The notes beneath the pieces were generated by a model that saw nothing but the letters and a program-made list of their open reading frames with translations, was not told where the DNA came from and made no database searches. Below are positions 1 through 10,120 of a DNA stretch of 64,000 bases, in pieces (positions within the stretch are counted from its first letter, which is position 1; each line of letters begins with the position of its first letter). The stretch lies in the NCBI GenBank assembly GCA_031364845.1, contig JANLWX010000019.1, positions 1 to 64,000 on the forward strand, given 5' to 3'. This DNA is from Candidatus Eiseniibacteriota bacterium. GTDB lineage: Bacteria; Eisenbacteria; RBG-16-71-46. The position numbers and the translations under genes were made by a program.

Positions 1-2012
1 CACACGATGTTGCGCACGGTGCCGCCGACCCACTCCTCACTGCCATTGGGCGAGCTGACGTTGAGCGACTGGACCGCCGACGCGGTGAACGGATACGTGG
101 TCTGGAGCTTCCAGTACGCCGCCGACTGCTGGAAGATGATGACGTCGCGGTCGCGCGCGAGCAGACCGTTGCTGCTGCCGAAGTTCAGAACGCTGACCGG
201 AGTCCACGTCGCCCCGCCGTCGTACGAGAAGTACGCGGCGTTGCCACTGTAGAGCGCGAACACCGGAACATTGGGATCGTCGCGCACGATGTCGGCGCCC
301 CATGCCTGCTGCGCACCGCTCGTGGTCGGCCACGTGGTTCCGTAGTCGAGGCTGCGCTGGACGCCGCCCGCACTCCAGTTGGTCCCCAAGATCGTGCTGT
401 TGCGCTGGCGGCTGCACGCCATGCCGGGGACTTCGGAGGCGCCGACGATTCCCGTGCGGCTGTGCTTCAACTCGAACGTCAGCCCGCCGTCGGTCGACTT
501 GTAGTACTGGGCCGGCGGATTGGTCGCGCCGGTGACGCCGTCGCCCACCAGAATGATGTTCGAGCTGTCGGGCACCACGACGATGTCGCACGGGCTGCGG
601 AACACGCTGTCCGATCCCAGCTCGCCCCACGTCGCGCCGAAGTCGGTCGAGCGCCACAGCCGCGAGAAGTCGCCGCCGAAGTAGAGCGTGTCCGGCTTGT
701 CGGGATGCATCTCGAGCGGGATGCCGTATTCGCCGAAGTCCCGGATCAGCACCGTGTCCCACTTTGCGCCGGCATTGGTGGTGCGCAGCAGACGGTCGGA
801 CACCGAACTGCCGCCCACCGCCGCGATCCACAGATTGGTGTCTTTGGGCGAGATCAGGAACGCGTTGCACTTGTTGTAGCTGATCGCCGGAGCATTGGGC
901 ATCGGAAACGTCGCGATGTTCTGCCAGGTCTCGCCTTCGTCGCGTGAGCGATGGATGTAGTTGTTCACCGCGCCGTAGAACGTGTTCTCGTCGACCGGGC
1001 TCTGCACGATCGTGCTGCCGCGCGCGTTGCCCGCGTGCGCGAACTTGTTGACGAAGGTCTGGCTCATGCTCGCGAGCGTGGGCATCAGCCACGTGGCACC
1101 GCCGTTGGCGGTGCGGAACACGGTGCGATGCTTGCTGCTGCAGAAGTGCGCGCGATTGCCGACCACCGAGAGCCCCGAGAGCGCACCGTGCATCTTGTGC
1201 TGCATGAAGGTCCAGGTGGCGCCGCCGTCGTTCGAGCGCCGCACGAAGCCGCCCCCGCCCGCGACCCAGATCGTGTCCGGCGTCACGACGCGCACCGCGC
1301 GCACGGCGGAGCGCGAGTCGAGCTTGAGGTTCACGTGCTGCCAGTTCGCTCCGCCATCGGTGCTGTGCATGCATGTGCCGCGCTCGCCGACGATCCAGAT
1401 CGTGCTGCCGCTGATGTCGATCGCCTTGAGCCGATTGGGCGAAGGTACCGCGACCGGCAGCCAGTTCAAGCCGCCGTCGACCGTGTGGCGCACGACGCCA
1501 CCGTCACCGACCGCCCAGCCCGTCTGGTCGTCGGTGAATCGCACCGCGCGCAACGCCGCGGAGGTCGAGGAGAACTGCTGCGTCCACGCAACGCCGCCGT
1601 CGGTGCTCTTCCAGATCGCGCCGCCCGCGCCGACGACATAGGCCGTCGCCGGCGACGGGAACGCGACTCCGTACAGATGCGGACTTCCCGCAAGCGTCTG
1701 CGAGGTCCACGCGCCGCCGCTGTTCACGCTTCTCCACACCAGCCCGTTGTCGGCGGTGACGAGCGCGACCAGCCCCTGTGTGGCGACGCTCCGCAGCGGT
1801 CCGCTACCGGCCGAAGTGCTGAAGTAATCCGCGCCGGTGTTGGTGCTGCGGTAGATCACGCCTCCGTCGCCGACCGCCCAGATGTCGATGCCGTCCGGGG
1901 AATGAACGGCATGGAACCCCTGCGCGTGAACGATCGATGGCGCGACGATGACACCCGCGATGCCGAAGGCGATGCCCAGAGCGAGCGATGCGATTGCGAG
2001 GCGCCGATTCAT
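1..2012 (-). CDS. Secreted YCF48/BNR(Asp-box)-repeat beta-propeller protein, 3' end runs off the window
   Basis: Absent from the ORF track because there is no stop in the window. ATG at 2012 after GGAG. Reads MNRRLAIASLALGIAFG... (signal peptide), then repeated WAVGDGGVIYRSTNTG / VWRSVNSGGAW units, and NVSSPNGSEEWVGGTVRNIV at the window edge. Confidence 0.85.
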   Translation of the reverse strand, partial: MNRRLAIASLALGIAFGIAGVIVAPSIVHAQGFHAVHSPDGIDIWAVGDGGVIYRSTNTGADYFSTSAGSGPLRSVATQGLVALVTADNGLVWRSVNSGGAWTSQTLAGSPHLYGVAFPSPATAYVVGAGGAIWKSTDGGVAWTQQFSSTSAALRAVRFTDDQTGWAVGDGGVVRHTVDGGLNWLPVAVPSPNRLKAIDISGSTIWIVGERGTCMHSTDGGANWQHVNLKLDSRSAVRAVRVVTPDTIWVAGGGGFVRRSNDGGATWTFMQHKMHGALSGLSVVGNRAHFCSSKHRTVFRTANGGATWLMPTLASMSQTFVNKFAHAGNARGSTIVQSPVDENTFYGAVNNYIHRSRDEGETWQNIATFPMPNAPAISYNKCNAFLISPKDTNLWIAAVGGSSVSDRLLRTTNAGAKWDTVLIRDFGEYGIPLEMHPDKPDTLYFGGDFSRLWRSTDFGATWGELGSDSVFRSPCDIVVVPDSSNIILVGDGVTGATNPPAQYYKSTDGGLTFELKHSRTGIVGASEVPGMACSRQRNSTILGTNWSAGGVQRSLDYGTTWPTTSGAQQAWGADIVRDDPNVPVFALYSGNAAYFSYDGGATWTPVSVLNFGSSNGLLARDRDVIIFQQSAAYWKLQTTYPFTASAVQSLNVSSPNGSEEWVGGTVRNIV

Positions 2013-2094
2013 GGAACTCCGGACCGGGCCCGGTCGCGCCGGCCGCGGCAATTATGGGGACCATCCACTGTCGAAAACGAGGCTCAGCGTCGCA

Positions 2095-4173
2095 TCAGTC
2101 TTCGGCCATCCTTGCCACGGTCGCGATCTCGGCGATCGCGACACGTTCGCGGCCGAGCACCTTCCCCGTGCTGCGCACGGAACGGAACTCGACGGCATCC
2201 GCGCGCACACCGCCGCACGACACCCAGGTTCCCCGCGTCGAAATCTCGGAACGCACGAGCTGTTGCCCGACTGCACGCCCGTTCAGGAACAGGTCGAGGC
2301 GGCACTCGCGCACCCGCAAATCGGTTCCGCTTGGGGGGTGGGCGGGTAAAGCGTAGAGAATCAGCGAGTCCACTTCAATGGGCGAACTCCATTCCAGCCT
2401 CAAACTCTCGCCGGAAAGCCCCTCCGACACCCACGCGACCGCCCCGGGCAGGCCTTTCGTGCGCCGGTCGACGGCGCCGCGGGGTCCAACTGTGCCCTCG
2501 GCCGAGCTGCTGGCGGTGGCCCGCGCTGAGGGTCCGGCGTTGAATCGCTTTCCCAGGAATGCGCTCTGCGGGACCGGAATCACCGAGTGCCCGGCGTGGC
2601 ACCCGACGCACTTGGTGCCGCTGCCGAAGCGCGCGGCATTCAGCCCCGGCACGTGCGCGGGACCGGCGGTCGAGCGCAGCACGTGGCCGTGCGCGTCGAT
2701 CAACTGCTCGAACATCGGAGTGTCCGACGGCATCACGTCCTCATGCACCGCTCCCCCGGGCAGGATCGGCGACTCCTTCACGAGCACCGCCGTGTCGCCG
2801 CCCGCAGCCAGGGGACGCGCGAGCACCGCAAAGAACCGGATGCGCGCACCGGGCTGGAACGGCGGCGCGTCGGGAATCGGCGCGTCGACCGGCGCGTTGG
2901 CGAACACGTTGAGACAGTCGAAGCGGAACGTCTCGCCCTCGCTCAGGAACGTTTGGACATCGCGCGGCGGAGCATCGTTCGGCAGTGGCGATGCCGTCTC
3001 CGGGAACACGAACGGCCGGCGGCGCGGTGCCAACATCGCTGCGTCCAGCTCGTGCGTGCCCGGAAGGTCGACGAGCTTGGCGGGCGACCCGCCATCGAGG
3101 CTCGCGATCCACAGACCCAGATCGCCGGCCGCGCGGATGTCGGTCGACATCACGATGCGGCGCCCTCCGATCGATGCCGGCGCGCACGCCGTGACGATGC
3201 GCGCGCTCGTGAGATCGGTGGCGACCGGCCGCGGCGCTTCGAAGCTGTGCGGGAACGCGTGCAGCGTGAGGTGGCCCGCTTGCGGGAACATGCCCGGATG
3301 CTCCGCCGTCACCCCGACCAGCGTGCCGTCGTCGAGCACCAGCGGCTGATAGGCCATCGAGCGCTTGCGGTCGGGCGCGAAGCCGCCGGCGAGGCGCGGG
3401 AAGTCTCCATCGGACGAGATCGCGATCGCCTGCCACAGGTCGACCGGGTCCGCTTCGACCGCGCGCGCGCGATCGGTCGTGATGCCGCTTTCGGTCTGTT
3501 CGCTCGCGAGGAACCGGCTCGTCCACCAGCGCGCGTACACGATCAGCCCGCTGCGCGGATCGACCGTCGGCTCCTCCGCTCCGTTGCGCTCGGAGGTGAT
3601 GCGCAGCAGCCGCGTGCCGTCGGCGCGTACGACGAACAAGTTGCTCGCCGGCATGCCGGCTTCGGCGATCTGCGGATAGCGCGTGCTCGCGAACACGATG
3701 CGATCGTCGGGGAGCCACACTGGATCGAAGTCGTCGTAACGCTCGAAGTGCCGCGCATCGGCGCCGAAGCGCGCGACATCGAGCGCGCGATCGGTGCGGG
3801 TCACGGGCGTGAGGCCGCGTCCGTCGGCGCCGACGATCCAGATGCGCCACGCGCTATCGCGCGCCGCGGTAGCGGCGAACGCAATGCGCCGTCCGTCGTA
3901 GGACACCGCCGGATCCGAGACGTCGAAGAACCTGCCGCGCGGCAGCAGCGCCGTGATCCGGCCGCTGATGCTGCGCACCATGAGCCGCCCGCCGACGATG
4001 GCGGTGCGATGGAGCGGCCCCACGCCGGGCACCGCACCCGGCGCATCCGCGATCGGCGAGCGCGAGACGAACACGATCGGCGGTGCCGCCGTCACGCGCC
4101 CGATGCGAAGCGGTGCGAGCGCGGAACCGACCGTCCCCGCGATCAGCACCGCGAGCGCGAATCTCGCGATCAT
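2095..4173 (-). CDS. Secreted hydrazine synthase alpha (HzsA)-like/TolB-like beta-propeller protein with c-type heme motif and discoidin-like C-terminus
   Basis: Start MIARFALAVLIAG overlaps the upstream stop (ATGA). Contains DVSDPAVSYDGRRIAFA, YDDFDPVWLPDDRIVFASTR, PSDTPMFEQLID and KCVGCH. Confidence 0.7.
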   Translation of the reverse strand: MIARFALAVLIAGTVGSALAPLRIGRVTAAPPIVFVSRSPIADAPGAVPGVGPLHRTAIVGGRLMVRSISGRITALLPRGRFFDVSDPAVSYDGRRIAFAATAARDSAWRIWIVGADGRGLTPVTRTDRALDVARFGADARHFERYDDFDPVWLPDDRIVFASTRYPQIAEAGMPASNLFVVRADGTRLLRITSERNGAEEPTVDPRSGLIVYARWWTSRFLASEQTESGITTDRARAVEADPVDLWQAIAISSDGDFPRLAGGFAPDRKRSMAYQPLVLDDGTLVGVTAEHPGMFPQAGHLTLHAFPHSFEAPRPVATDLTSARIVTACAPASIGGRRIVMSTDIRAAGDLGLWIASLDGGSPAKLVDLPGTHELDAAMLAPRRRPFVFPETASPLPNDAPPRDVQTFLSEGETFRFDCLNVFANAPVDAPIPDAPPFQPGARIRFFAVLARPLAAGGDTAVLVKESPILPGGAVHEDVMPSDTPMFEQLIDAHGHVLRSTAGPAHVPGLNAARFGSGTKCVGCHAGHSVIPVPQSAFLGKRFNAGPSARATASSSAEGTVGPRGAVDRRTKGLPGAVAWVSEGLSGESLRLEWSSPIEVDSLILYALPAHPPSGTDLRVRECRLDLFLNGRAVGQQLVRSEISTRGTWVSCGGVRADAVEFRSVRSTGKVLGRERVAIAEIATVARMAED

Positions 4174-5741
4174 TTCACGAGCGGCACGCGGTGCTCGAAG
4201 GTCCGGCCGTCCACGACCAGGCGCGCGAAATAGATCCCCGACCCCACGGCGCGTCCTCCCTGATCGAGTCCGTTCCACGACGCGCGGTAGCGTCCCGCGT
4301 TGTCCTGGCGCGCCGTCACGAGCGCTCGCACCATCCGCCCGCGCACATCGTGGATCACGAGCGAGACGTGCGACCGCGCGGCCAGCGACCAGCTGAACTC
4401 GACGCGTCCGCTCGAAGGCGACGGATACGGTTTCGCAAACGACACCGAGGGCACGGGCGTTTCGACCGAAACCGACTCGCCGCCCATGATCCGGCGGATC
4501 TCACCGGGCCCCGAAAACGGCGTCGCGAACTGGCGGCAGTAGTAGAGCGCTCCATCCTTGCCGAGCGCGTAGTCCGAGACCGCGACGAAGTTCGAGCCCC
4601 AGAACTCGGCCGACGGCTGGCCCGCGACCGGTGCGGCGATGGTCCACGTCGATCCGTCGCGCTCAAGCCGGCGCATGAATCCGTCGTAGTAGTCGCTCGC
4701 GAACGCGTCACCCTCATAGGCCACCGGGAACGCGAACGCCGCGCCCGCAAGCCGCCGGTAGATGCCGGCGCTCATCACCGACGCCGCACCCGTCTCCGAA
4801 TGGCTCATCACGTGGATCGGACCCGTCAGCGGCCCGACGATCGGGGCACCCGCGTTGTTGACCGCGTTGCCTTCCATGCGCGGCCAGCCAAAATTGCGCC
4901 CGCCGCTCGAGGTCTCGTCCACCTCTTCCCACGTGGTCTCGCCGACGTCCGCGATCAGCACGCGACCGGTCGGCGGATCGATCTGGAACCGGAACGGATT
5001 GCGCAGGCCCCACGCCCAGACCAGCTTCGCATTCGGACTGCCGGTCGCAGAGAACGGATTGCCGGCGGCCGCGATCTGCGCGCGCGTCGCGGTGCCGGCG
5101 CCCGGCGGAAGCTGCGAGACATCGAGGCGCAGGATCACGCCGCGCAACGAGGTCGTGTCCTGAGCGGCAGCGCTGTTCGCATCGTCGCCGAGGCTCACAT
5201 AGAGCATGCCGTCGGGACCGAAGCGCACCGTGCCACCATTGTGATTGATCGCGTTGTCCGGAATGTCGGTGATCAGATCATGGCGGCTGAGCGTGTCGAG
5301 GAAGATCTTCCCGGCGGGATCCGACAACGCCCCGGTCGCGGTGAAGCGCGAGATGCGGATCTTATTCCCGGTGTGCGTCGAGTGCGTGTAGAGGTAAGGA
5401 CGTGCCGGCCAGTCCGGATCGACCGCGATGCCGAGCAACCCGCGCTCGAAGGCGGCCGAATTGACCGAGGGCACGGTTCCCACGGTGTCGACCGCAACCG
5501 GCGGTCCCATACGGATCGACTTGATGCGCGCGGAGCGCTGCTCGATCACGAGCAGGCGGCCATCGGGCAAGAACGCGATCCCGACCGGCTGCGAGAGGCC
5601 GGCAGCGACCAGTTGGTCGGTGAATCCGGTGGGGACCGTGGCCTGAGCCGCGGCGCACACGGGCAGGACGCAGACAAAGCCGAAAACGCTGAGCAGGCGG
5701 GCGAACGCGTGGGGGGCGCGGGTCATAGCACGAATATTCAT
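4170..5741 (-). CDS. PQQ-dependent sugar dehydrogenase (glucose/sorbosone DH family) with FlgD-Ig C-terminal domain
   Basis: ERGLLGIAVDPDW, NHNGGTVRFGPDGMLYVSLGD, WGLRNPFRF, DVGETTWEEVD. C-terminal IHDVRGRMVR...WNGLDQGG...SGIYFARL. GGAG before ATG 5741. Confidence 0.9.
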   Translation of the reverse strand: MNIRAMTRAPHAFARLLSVFGFVCVLPVCAAAQATVPTGFTDQLVAAGLSQPVGIAFLPDGRLLVIEQRSARIKSIRMGPPVAVDTVGTVPSVNSAAFERGLLGIAVDPDWPARPYLYTHSTHTGNKIRISRFTATGALSDPAGKIFLDTLSRHDLITDIPDNAINHNGGTVRFGPDGMLYVSLGDDANSAAAQDTTSLRGVILRLDVSQLPPGAGTATRAQIAAAGNPFSATGSPNAKLVWAWGLRNPFRFQIDPPTGRVLIADVGETTWEEVDETSSGGRNFGWPRMEGNAVNNAGAPIVGPLTGPIHVMSHSETGAASVMSAGIYRRLAGAAFAFPVAYEGDAFASDYYDGFMRRLERDGSTWTIAAPVAGQPSAEFWGSNFVAVSDYALGKDGALYYCRQFATPFSGPGEIRRIMGGESVSVETPVPSVSFAKPYPSPSSGRVEFSWSLAARSHVSLVIHDVRGRMVRALVTARQDNAGRYRASWNGLDQGGRAVGSGIYFARLVVDGRTFEHRVPLVK

Positions 5742-5928
5742 CGGATCTCCCGGCGCAGGATGGTTGCGGTTCGGCCTGTGCACAAGGGTACGACAGACCA
5801 TAGGGTTGCGTCACCGTCGCCGGTCCCGGAGCCTTCGAAATCGTCTGGTTTCGGACCGATCCATCCACTGCCGGAGCGGACTTCGAGCATCATCACTAAA
5901 CTCGAAATCCTCCCGCTCCTGGCATCAG

Positions 5929-5954
5929 TCATCCGATGTCCGTCCTTCTCCGTA
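5929..5954 (+). promoter_or_regulatory. Putative ECF (SigK-like) promoter TCATCC-N15-CCGTA
   Basis: Close match to the mycobacterial SigK consensus as I recall it (CCATCC-N15-CCGAA), about 130 nt upstream of the DUF4331 gene. Confidence 0.45.
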
Positions 5955-6086
5955 GGGGAATCGACAGCGCAACCGGGACATCGGTTCCGGTTCCGTTGTC
6001 CGATCCGCCCCCGGCCTGCTGATGCCGGCCGGGCCCCTCTCGGAACTGGTCGCAGCAGTCGCGATCGCAGGAAAGGAACCACCATC

Positions 6087-7796
6087 ATGACACCGAGGAA
6101 TCTGTTCTCCTCAACGCTTGCGGCACTGTTCGTGGCCGGCGCGCTCGGCGCGTCGCTCGCGACGGCTTCGAGTCACCGCGAAGCCCCGGCGATCTCCAAG
6201 GATCCGACCGCGGACAACACCGACGTCTACGCCTTCCGCAGCCCCGACAAGCCGAATACCGTGACGATGATCAGCAACTGGCTCCCGCTGCTCGAGCCGG
6301 CCGGCGGACCGAACTTCTTCTCGTTCGACGACAAGGCCGTCTACACCATCATCGTCGACAACGCCGGTGATGCGCAGGATCACATCGTCTACGAATTCCG
6401 CTTCAAGACCCACGTGCGCAACGGCAACACGTTCCTCTACAACACCGGCGCCGTGACCTCGCCGTCCGATCCCGATCTGAATGTCTATCAGACGTACTCG
6501 GTCAAGAAGATCGTCAACGGAAGCAGCACCACGATCGGCTCCGATCTGCTGACGCAGCCGAACCGCGTCGGACCCAAGTCGACGCCGAACATCAACGAGC
6601 TCGGCGAAGACGCCGTGCATAAGCTGTCGGACGGTTCGTATGTGTTCGCCGGCGAGCGCGACGATCCGTTCTTCGTGGATCTCGGCGGCGTGTTCGACCT
6701 GCTCACGATCCGCAAGCTTCCGGGCGATCTCGGACAGGGCGTCGACGGTCTGCGCGGATTCAACACGCTGTCGATCGCGATCCAGGTGCCGATCGAGAAG
6801 CTCACGAAGGACGCCAAGAGCGCGAGCGCGACGGGCTTTCCGATCCTCGGCATCTATTCAACCACCGAGCGCGACGGCAAGCGCGTGTCGCGGCTCGGCG
6901 CCCCGCTCGTGAACGAGGTTGTGATTCCGCTCAAGGACAAGGACAAGTGGAACGCGAGCGATCCTGCCGATGACGGCCAGTTCCTGAGCTACGTCACGAA
7001 CCCGGAACTCGCGGGCCTGCTGAATGCGCTGTACGGCATCAGCGTTCCCCCGGCTCCCCGCAATGACCTGGTCGCGGTGTTCCTGACCGGTGTCGCCGGC
7101 CTGACCCAGCCTGCGGGCGGCACGCCGAACGAGATGCTGCGGCTCAACGTCTCGATTCCTCCGAGCAGCAACCCCAGCCGTCTCGGTGTGCTGGGCGGCG
7201 ACCTCGCCGGATTCCCCAACGGCCGCCGGCTCGCGGACGACGTGACCGACATCGAGCTGCGCGCGGTCGCGGGTGTGCTCGTCAGCGGATACAACATCGC
7301 CCCGAACAATCGTCTTGGTGACGGTGTCGACTTCAACGATCGCGCGTTCCTGAGGGAGTTCCCCTACGTCGCGCGTCCGTTCGATCCGGTGGCGCACAAT
7401 CACCATCGCACCGAGCCCGCAAGCGGACCCGGCCCGGCGGCCGAGCGTCTCGACTCAGGACGTGCCGACGGCGAGAACACGATCATGGTCGAGTCCGAAG
7501 ACTTCGTGGAAGGCGCCGATGAGGACTCGCCGCTCCAGATCCGCAGCTCGCAGCCGGCGAAGCGCGCGCTGCTGCGCTACACGCTGGCCCGTGAAGCGGC
7601 CGTGACACTGCGCATCTTCGACGTCCAGGGTCGCAACGTGAAGACGCTGGTCGACGAGCGCAATCAGCCGGGCGCGATCGACGTCCAGTGGGACGGCTCC
7701 GATGACTTCGGCTCGTTCGCCGGCAACGGAGTCTTCTTTGCCCGTTACTCGGTCGACGGCAAGCTCGTGAACACGAAGAAGCTCGTGGTTCGCTGA
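6087..7796 (+). CDS. DUF4331 domain secreted protein with FlgD-Ig C-terminal domain (copy 1)
   Basis: AAAGGA RBS and signal peptide. SSHREAP...DPTADNTDVYAFRSPD, FAGERDDPFFVDL, GFPNGRRLADDVTDI. The true start is MTPRN, not the 4083 start of the ORF track. Confidence 0.9.
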   Translation: MTPRNLFSSTLAALFVAGALGASLATASSHREAPAISKDPTADNTDVYAFRSPDKPNTVTMISNWLPLLEPAGGPNFFSFDDKAVYTIIVDNAGDAQDHIVYEFRFKTHVRNGNTFLYNTGAVTSPSDPDLNVYQTYSVKKIVNGSSTTIGSDLLTQPNRVGPKSTPNINELGEDAVHKLSDGSYVFAGERDDPFFVDLGGVFDLLTIRKLPGDLGQGVDGLRGFNTLSIAIQVPIEKLTKDAKSASATGFPILGIYSTTERDGKRVSRLGAPLVNEVVIPLKDKDKWNASDPADDGQFLSYVTNPELAGLLNALYGISVPPAPRNDLVAVFLTGVAGLTQPAGGTPNEMLRLNVSIPPSSNPSRLGVLGGDLAGFPNGRRLADDVTDIELRAVAGVLVSGYNIAPNNRLGDGVDFNDRAFLREFPYVARPFDPVAHNHHRTEPASGPGPAAERLDSGRADGENTIMVESEDFVEGADEDSPLQIRSSQPAKRALLRYTLAREAAVTLRIFDVQGRNVKTLVDERNQPGAIDVQWDGSDDFGSFAGNGVFFARYSVDGKLVNTKKLVVR

Positions 7797-7823
7797 TAAC
7801 GTTCATATATTTGAAGTCCTGCG

Positions 7824-7853
7824 ACGGCCCGGTCGGAAACTCGACCGGGCCGT
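7824..7853 (+). terminator. Intrinsic terminator-like hairpin
   Basis: acggcccggtcg-gaaact-cgaccgggccgt followed by a pyrimidine-rich tract. Confidence 0.75.
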
Positions 7854-8222
7854 TCGCGTTTCTCTTCACGAAAAAAATAGTCGGCCAAATCCAGAGAATC
7901 TAGCTTCGAGAACCTTCCCGAGGCACGCGCAGTGCTTGTGTGAAATGACGACGTGCATTCGTCGCGAGCATTCCGTGCTGATCGCCAATGAATCTCAACA
8001 TTCGGCGAACCCAGCGAGCTTCCAGATCGAGTACTCGCTACAAAAGAATGGCCGTTTTGACGAAGCAACGGGCCCGATGGTTCTCCCTCCAGCGCCGAGC
8101 CTCACGGATTTCAACAGCACGCATTTTGGTTCCGCTCCTCGCCGTTTGCGTGCACCAAACACAGCAGGGGCACCCCTCAGTCGCATCGCGAACCGATCGC
8201 GGCAGAAAAGGACACAGTGATC

Positions 8223-9971
8223 ATGGCTGGGAAGAAGAACATGCTGCTCTCCTCGTTGCTCCTGACAGGACTGTTCGGAGCGTCGTTCGCATTCGCCTCG
8301 AGCCACCGCGAGGCTCCCGGAATCGCGAAGGATCCGACCGCCGACAACACCGATGTCTACGCGTTTCGCAGCCCGGACAAGCCGAGCACGGCGACCCTGA
8401 TCGCCAACTGGCTGCCGATCGCCGAGCCGGCAGGCGGTCCGAACTTCTTCCAGTTCGACGACAAGGCGGTCTATCAGATCCACGTCGACAATGAAGTCAA
8501 CGGACGCCACATCGTCTACGAATTCTATTTCAAGACCGGCATCCGCAACCCAAAGACGTTCCTCTACAACACGGGCGCGGTCACGTCTCCTACCGACTCC
8601 GACCTCAATCTCTACCAGACGTACTCCGTCAAGAAGGTCGTTGACGGTAACAACGGCGAATGGATCGGCCGTGACCTGCGCACCCAGCCCAACCGGGTCG
8701 GGCCCAAGTCGACTCCGAGCATCAACGACCTCGCCACCAAGTCCATCTACGACCTCTCCGACGGCAGCAAGGTGTTCGCAGGCGAGCGTGACGATCCGTT
8801 CTTCGTCGATACGGGTGCCTTGTTCGACCTGCTCACGATCCGCAAGCTGCCGGGTGACCAGGGTGAAGGTGTGGACGGACTGCGCGGCTTCAATGTGCTG
8901 ACGATCGCGCTTCAGGTTCCGATCAAGGATCTGGCGATGAGCAGCAGCGGCGACGGCGATGACGACGACGATGGCAACATCAAGGTCGGGGCGGACAGTC
9001 ACATCGACGCCAACTATCCGATCATCGGCGTCTATGCCAGCACCGAGCGCGCCGGCAAGCGCGTTTCACGTCTCGGCAGCCCGCTGGTCAACGAAGTCGT
9101 AATCCCGCTCGGCGACAAGGACAAGTGGAACATGAGCGATCCGAAGGACGACGCGCAGTTCCTCAAGTACGTCACGGATCCCGAGCCGGCGCGCCTGCTC
9201 AAGGCGCTCTACAACATCAACGTCCCGCCGACGCCGCGCAACGATCTGGTTGCGGTGTTCCTCACGGGCGTCAAGGATCTGAACCAGCCGAAGAATGGAA
9301 CCCCGAGCGAAATGCTGCGGCTCAATCTCAAGATCGAGCCGAGCAGCAATCCGAGCCGTCTTGGTGTGCTGGCCGGTGACCTCGCCGGTTTCCCGAACGG
9401 CCGCCGGCTCGCGGATGACGTGACGGACATCGAGCTGCGCGCGCTGGCGGGCGTGCTCGTGCCGGGTTACAACGTCGCCCCGAACAATCGTCTGGGTGAC
9501 GGCGTCGATTTCAACGAGCGCGCGTTCCTGACCAAGTTCCCGTATGTCGCGTTCCCGCACGACGGGTTTGCGCACAATCACCATCGCACCGAGCCCGCGA
9601 GCAGCGCGGGGCCGGCTGCAGCGCGCATGGGATCAGGGGAAGCCGCGGAGGAACTCTCGATCGTCGTCGAAGAAGACGACTTCGTGGCGGGCATGGAAGT
9701 CGAGCCGCTGCAGGTTCGCGGCGAAATGCCGGCCAAGCGGGCGCTGCTGCGCTACGCCCTGCCGCGTGACGCGAACGTGACGCTGCGCATCTTCGATGTG
9801 CAGGGTCGCAACGTTAAGACGCTGGTCGACGAACACAGCAAGGCCGGAGCGGTCGACGTTCAGTGGGACGGATCCGATGACTTCGGAGCCACCGCCGGCA
9901 AGGGCGTGTTCTTCGCCCGCTACTCGGTGGACGGCAAGCTCGTCAACACGAAGAAGCTCGTCATTCGGTAG
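8223..9971 (+). CDS. DUF4331 domain secreted protein with FlgD-Ig C-terminal domain (copy 2)
   Basis: Same motifs as copy 1, plus an acidic insertion SSSGDGDDDDDG. AAAAGGA upstream; the start could instead be GTG 8217. Confidence 0.9.
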   Translation: MAGKKNMLLSSLLLTGLFGASFAFASSHREAPGIAKDPTADNTDVYAFRSPDKPSTATLIANWLPIAEPAGGPNFFQFDDKAVYQIHVDNEVNGRHIVYEFYFKTGIRNPKTFLYNTGAVTSPTDSDLNLYQTYSVKKVVDGNNGEWIGRDLRTQPNRVGPKSTPSINDLATKSIYDLSDGSKVFAGERDDPFFVDTGALFDLLTIRKLPGDQGEGVDGLRGFNVLTIALQVPIKDLAMSSSGDGDDDDDGNIKVGADSHIDANYPIIGVYASTERAGKRVSRLGSPLVNEVVIPLGDKDKWNMSDPKDDAQFLKYVTDPEPARLLKALYNINVPPTPRNDLVAVFLTGVKDLNQPKNGTPSEMLRLNLKIEPSSNPSRLGVLAGDLAGFPNGRRLADDVTDIELRALAGVLVPGYNVAPNNRLGDGVDFNERAFLTKFPYVAFPHDGFAHNHHRTEPASSAGPAAARMGSGEAAEELSIVVEEDDFVAGMEVEPLQVRGEMPAKRALLRYALPRDANVTLRIFDVQGRNVKTLVDEHSKAGAVDVQWDGSDDFGATAGKGVFFARYSVDGKLVNTKKLVIR

Positions 9972-9990
9972 TCTCGAACCACAAATTGAA

Positions 9991-10026
9991 AGCGGCCCGG
10001 TCGATGGATGACCGGGCCGCTCTTTT
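9991..10026 (+). terminator. Intrinsic terminator
   Basis: agcggcccggtc-gatggat-gaccgggccgct then ctttt. The stem is homologous to the copy-1 terminator. Confidence 0.85.
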
Positions 10027-10120
10027 GTGAGCATTGCGGCCTGCCTCGCGGTTGCGCGTGCCGGCGCGCGGGACCTGGATTGGTTGCGCCTGCGTTCACT
10101 CACACCGATACTCCGCCGCC

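Noticed and set aside
37..2543. Track ORFs 37-1374 (-) and 951-2543 (+)
   Set aside because: High-GC shadow frames of the YCF48-like gene, which the track missed.
2095..4173. Anammox hydrazine synthase
   Set aside because: No hzsB, hzsC or hao nearby, and only one CxxCH motif.
4083..6086. N-terminal 668 aa of the 1237-aa ORF 4083-7796
   Set aside because: Antisense shadow of the PQQ dehydrogenase. The real gene starts at 6087 with an RBS and signal peptide.
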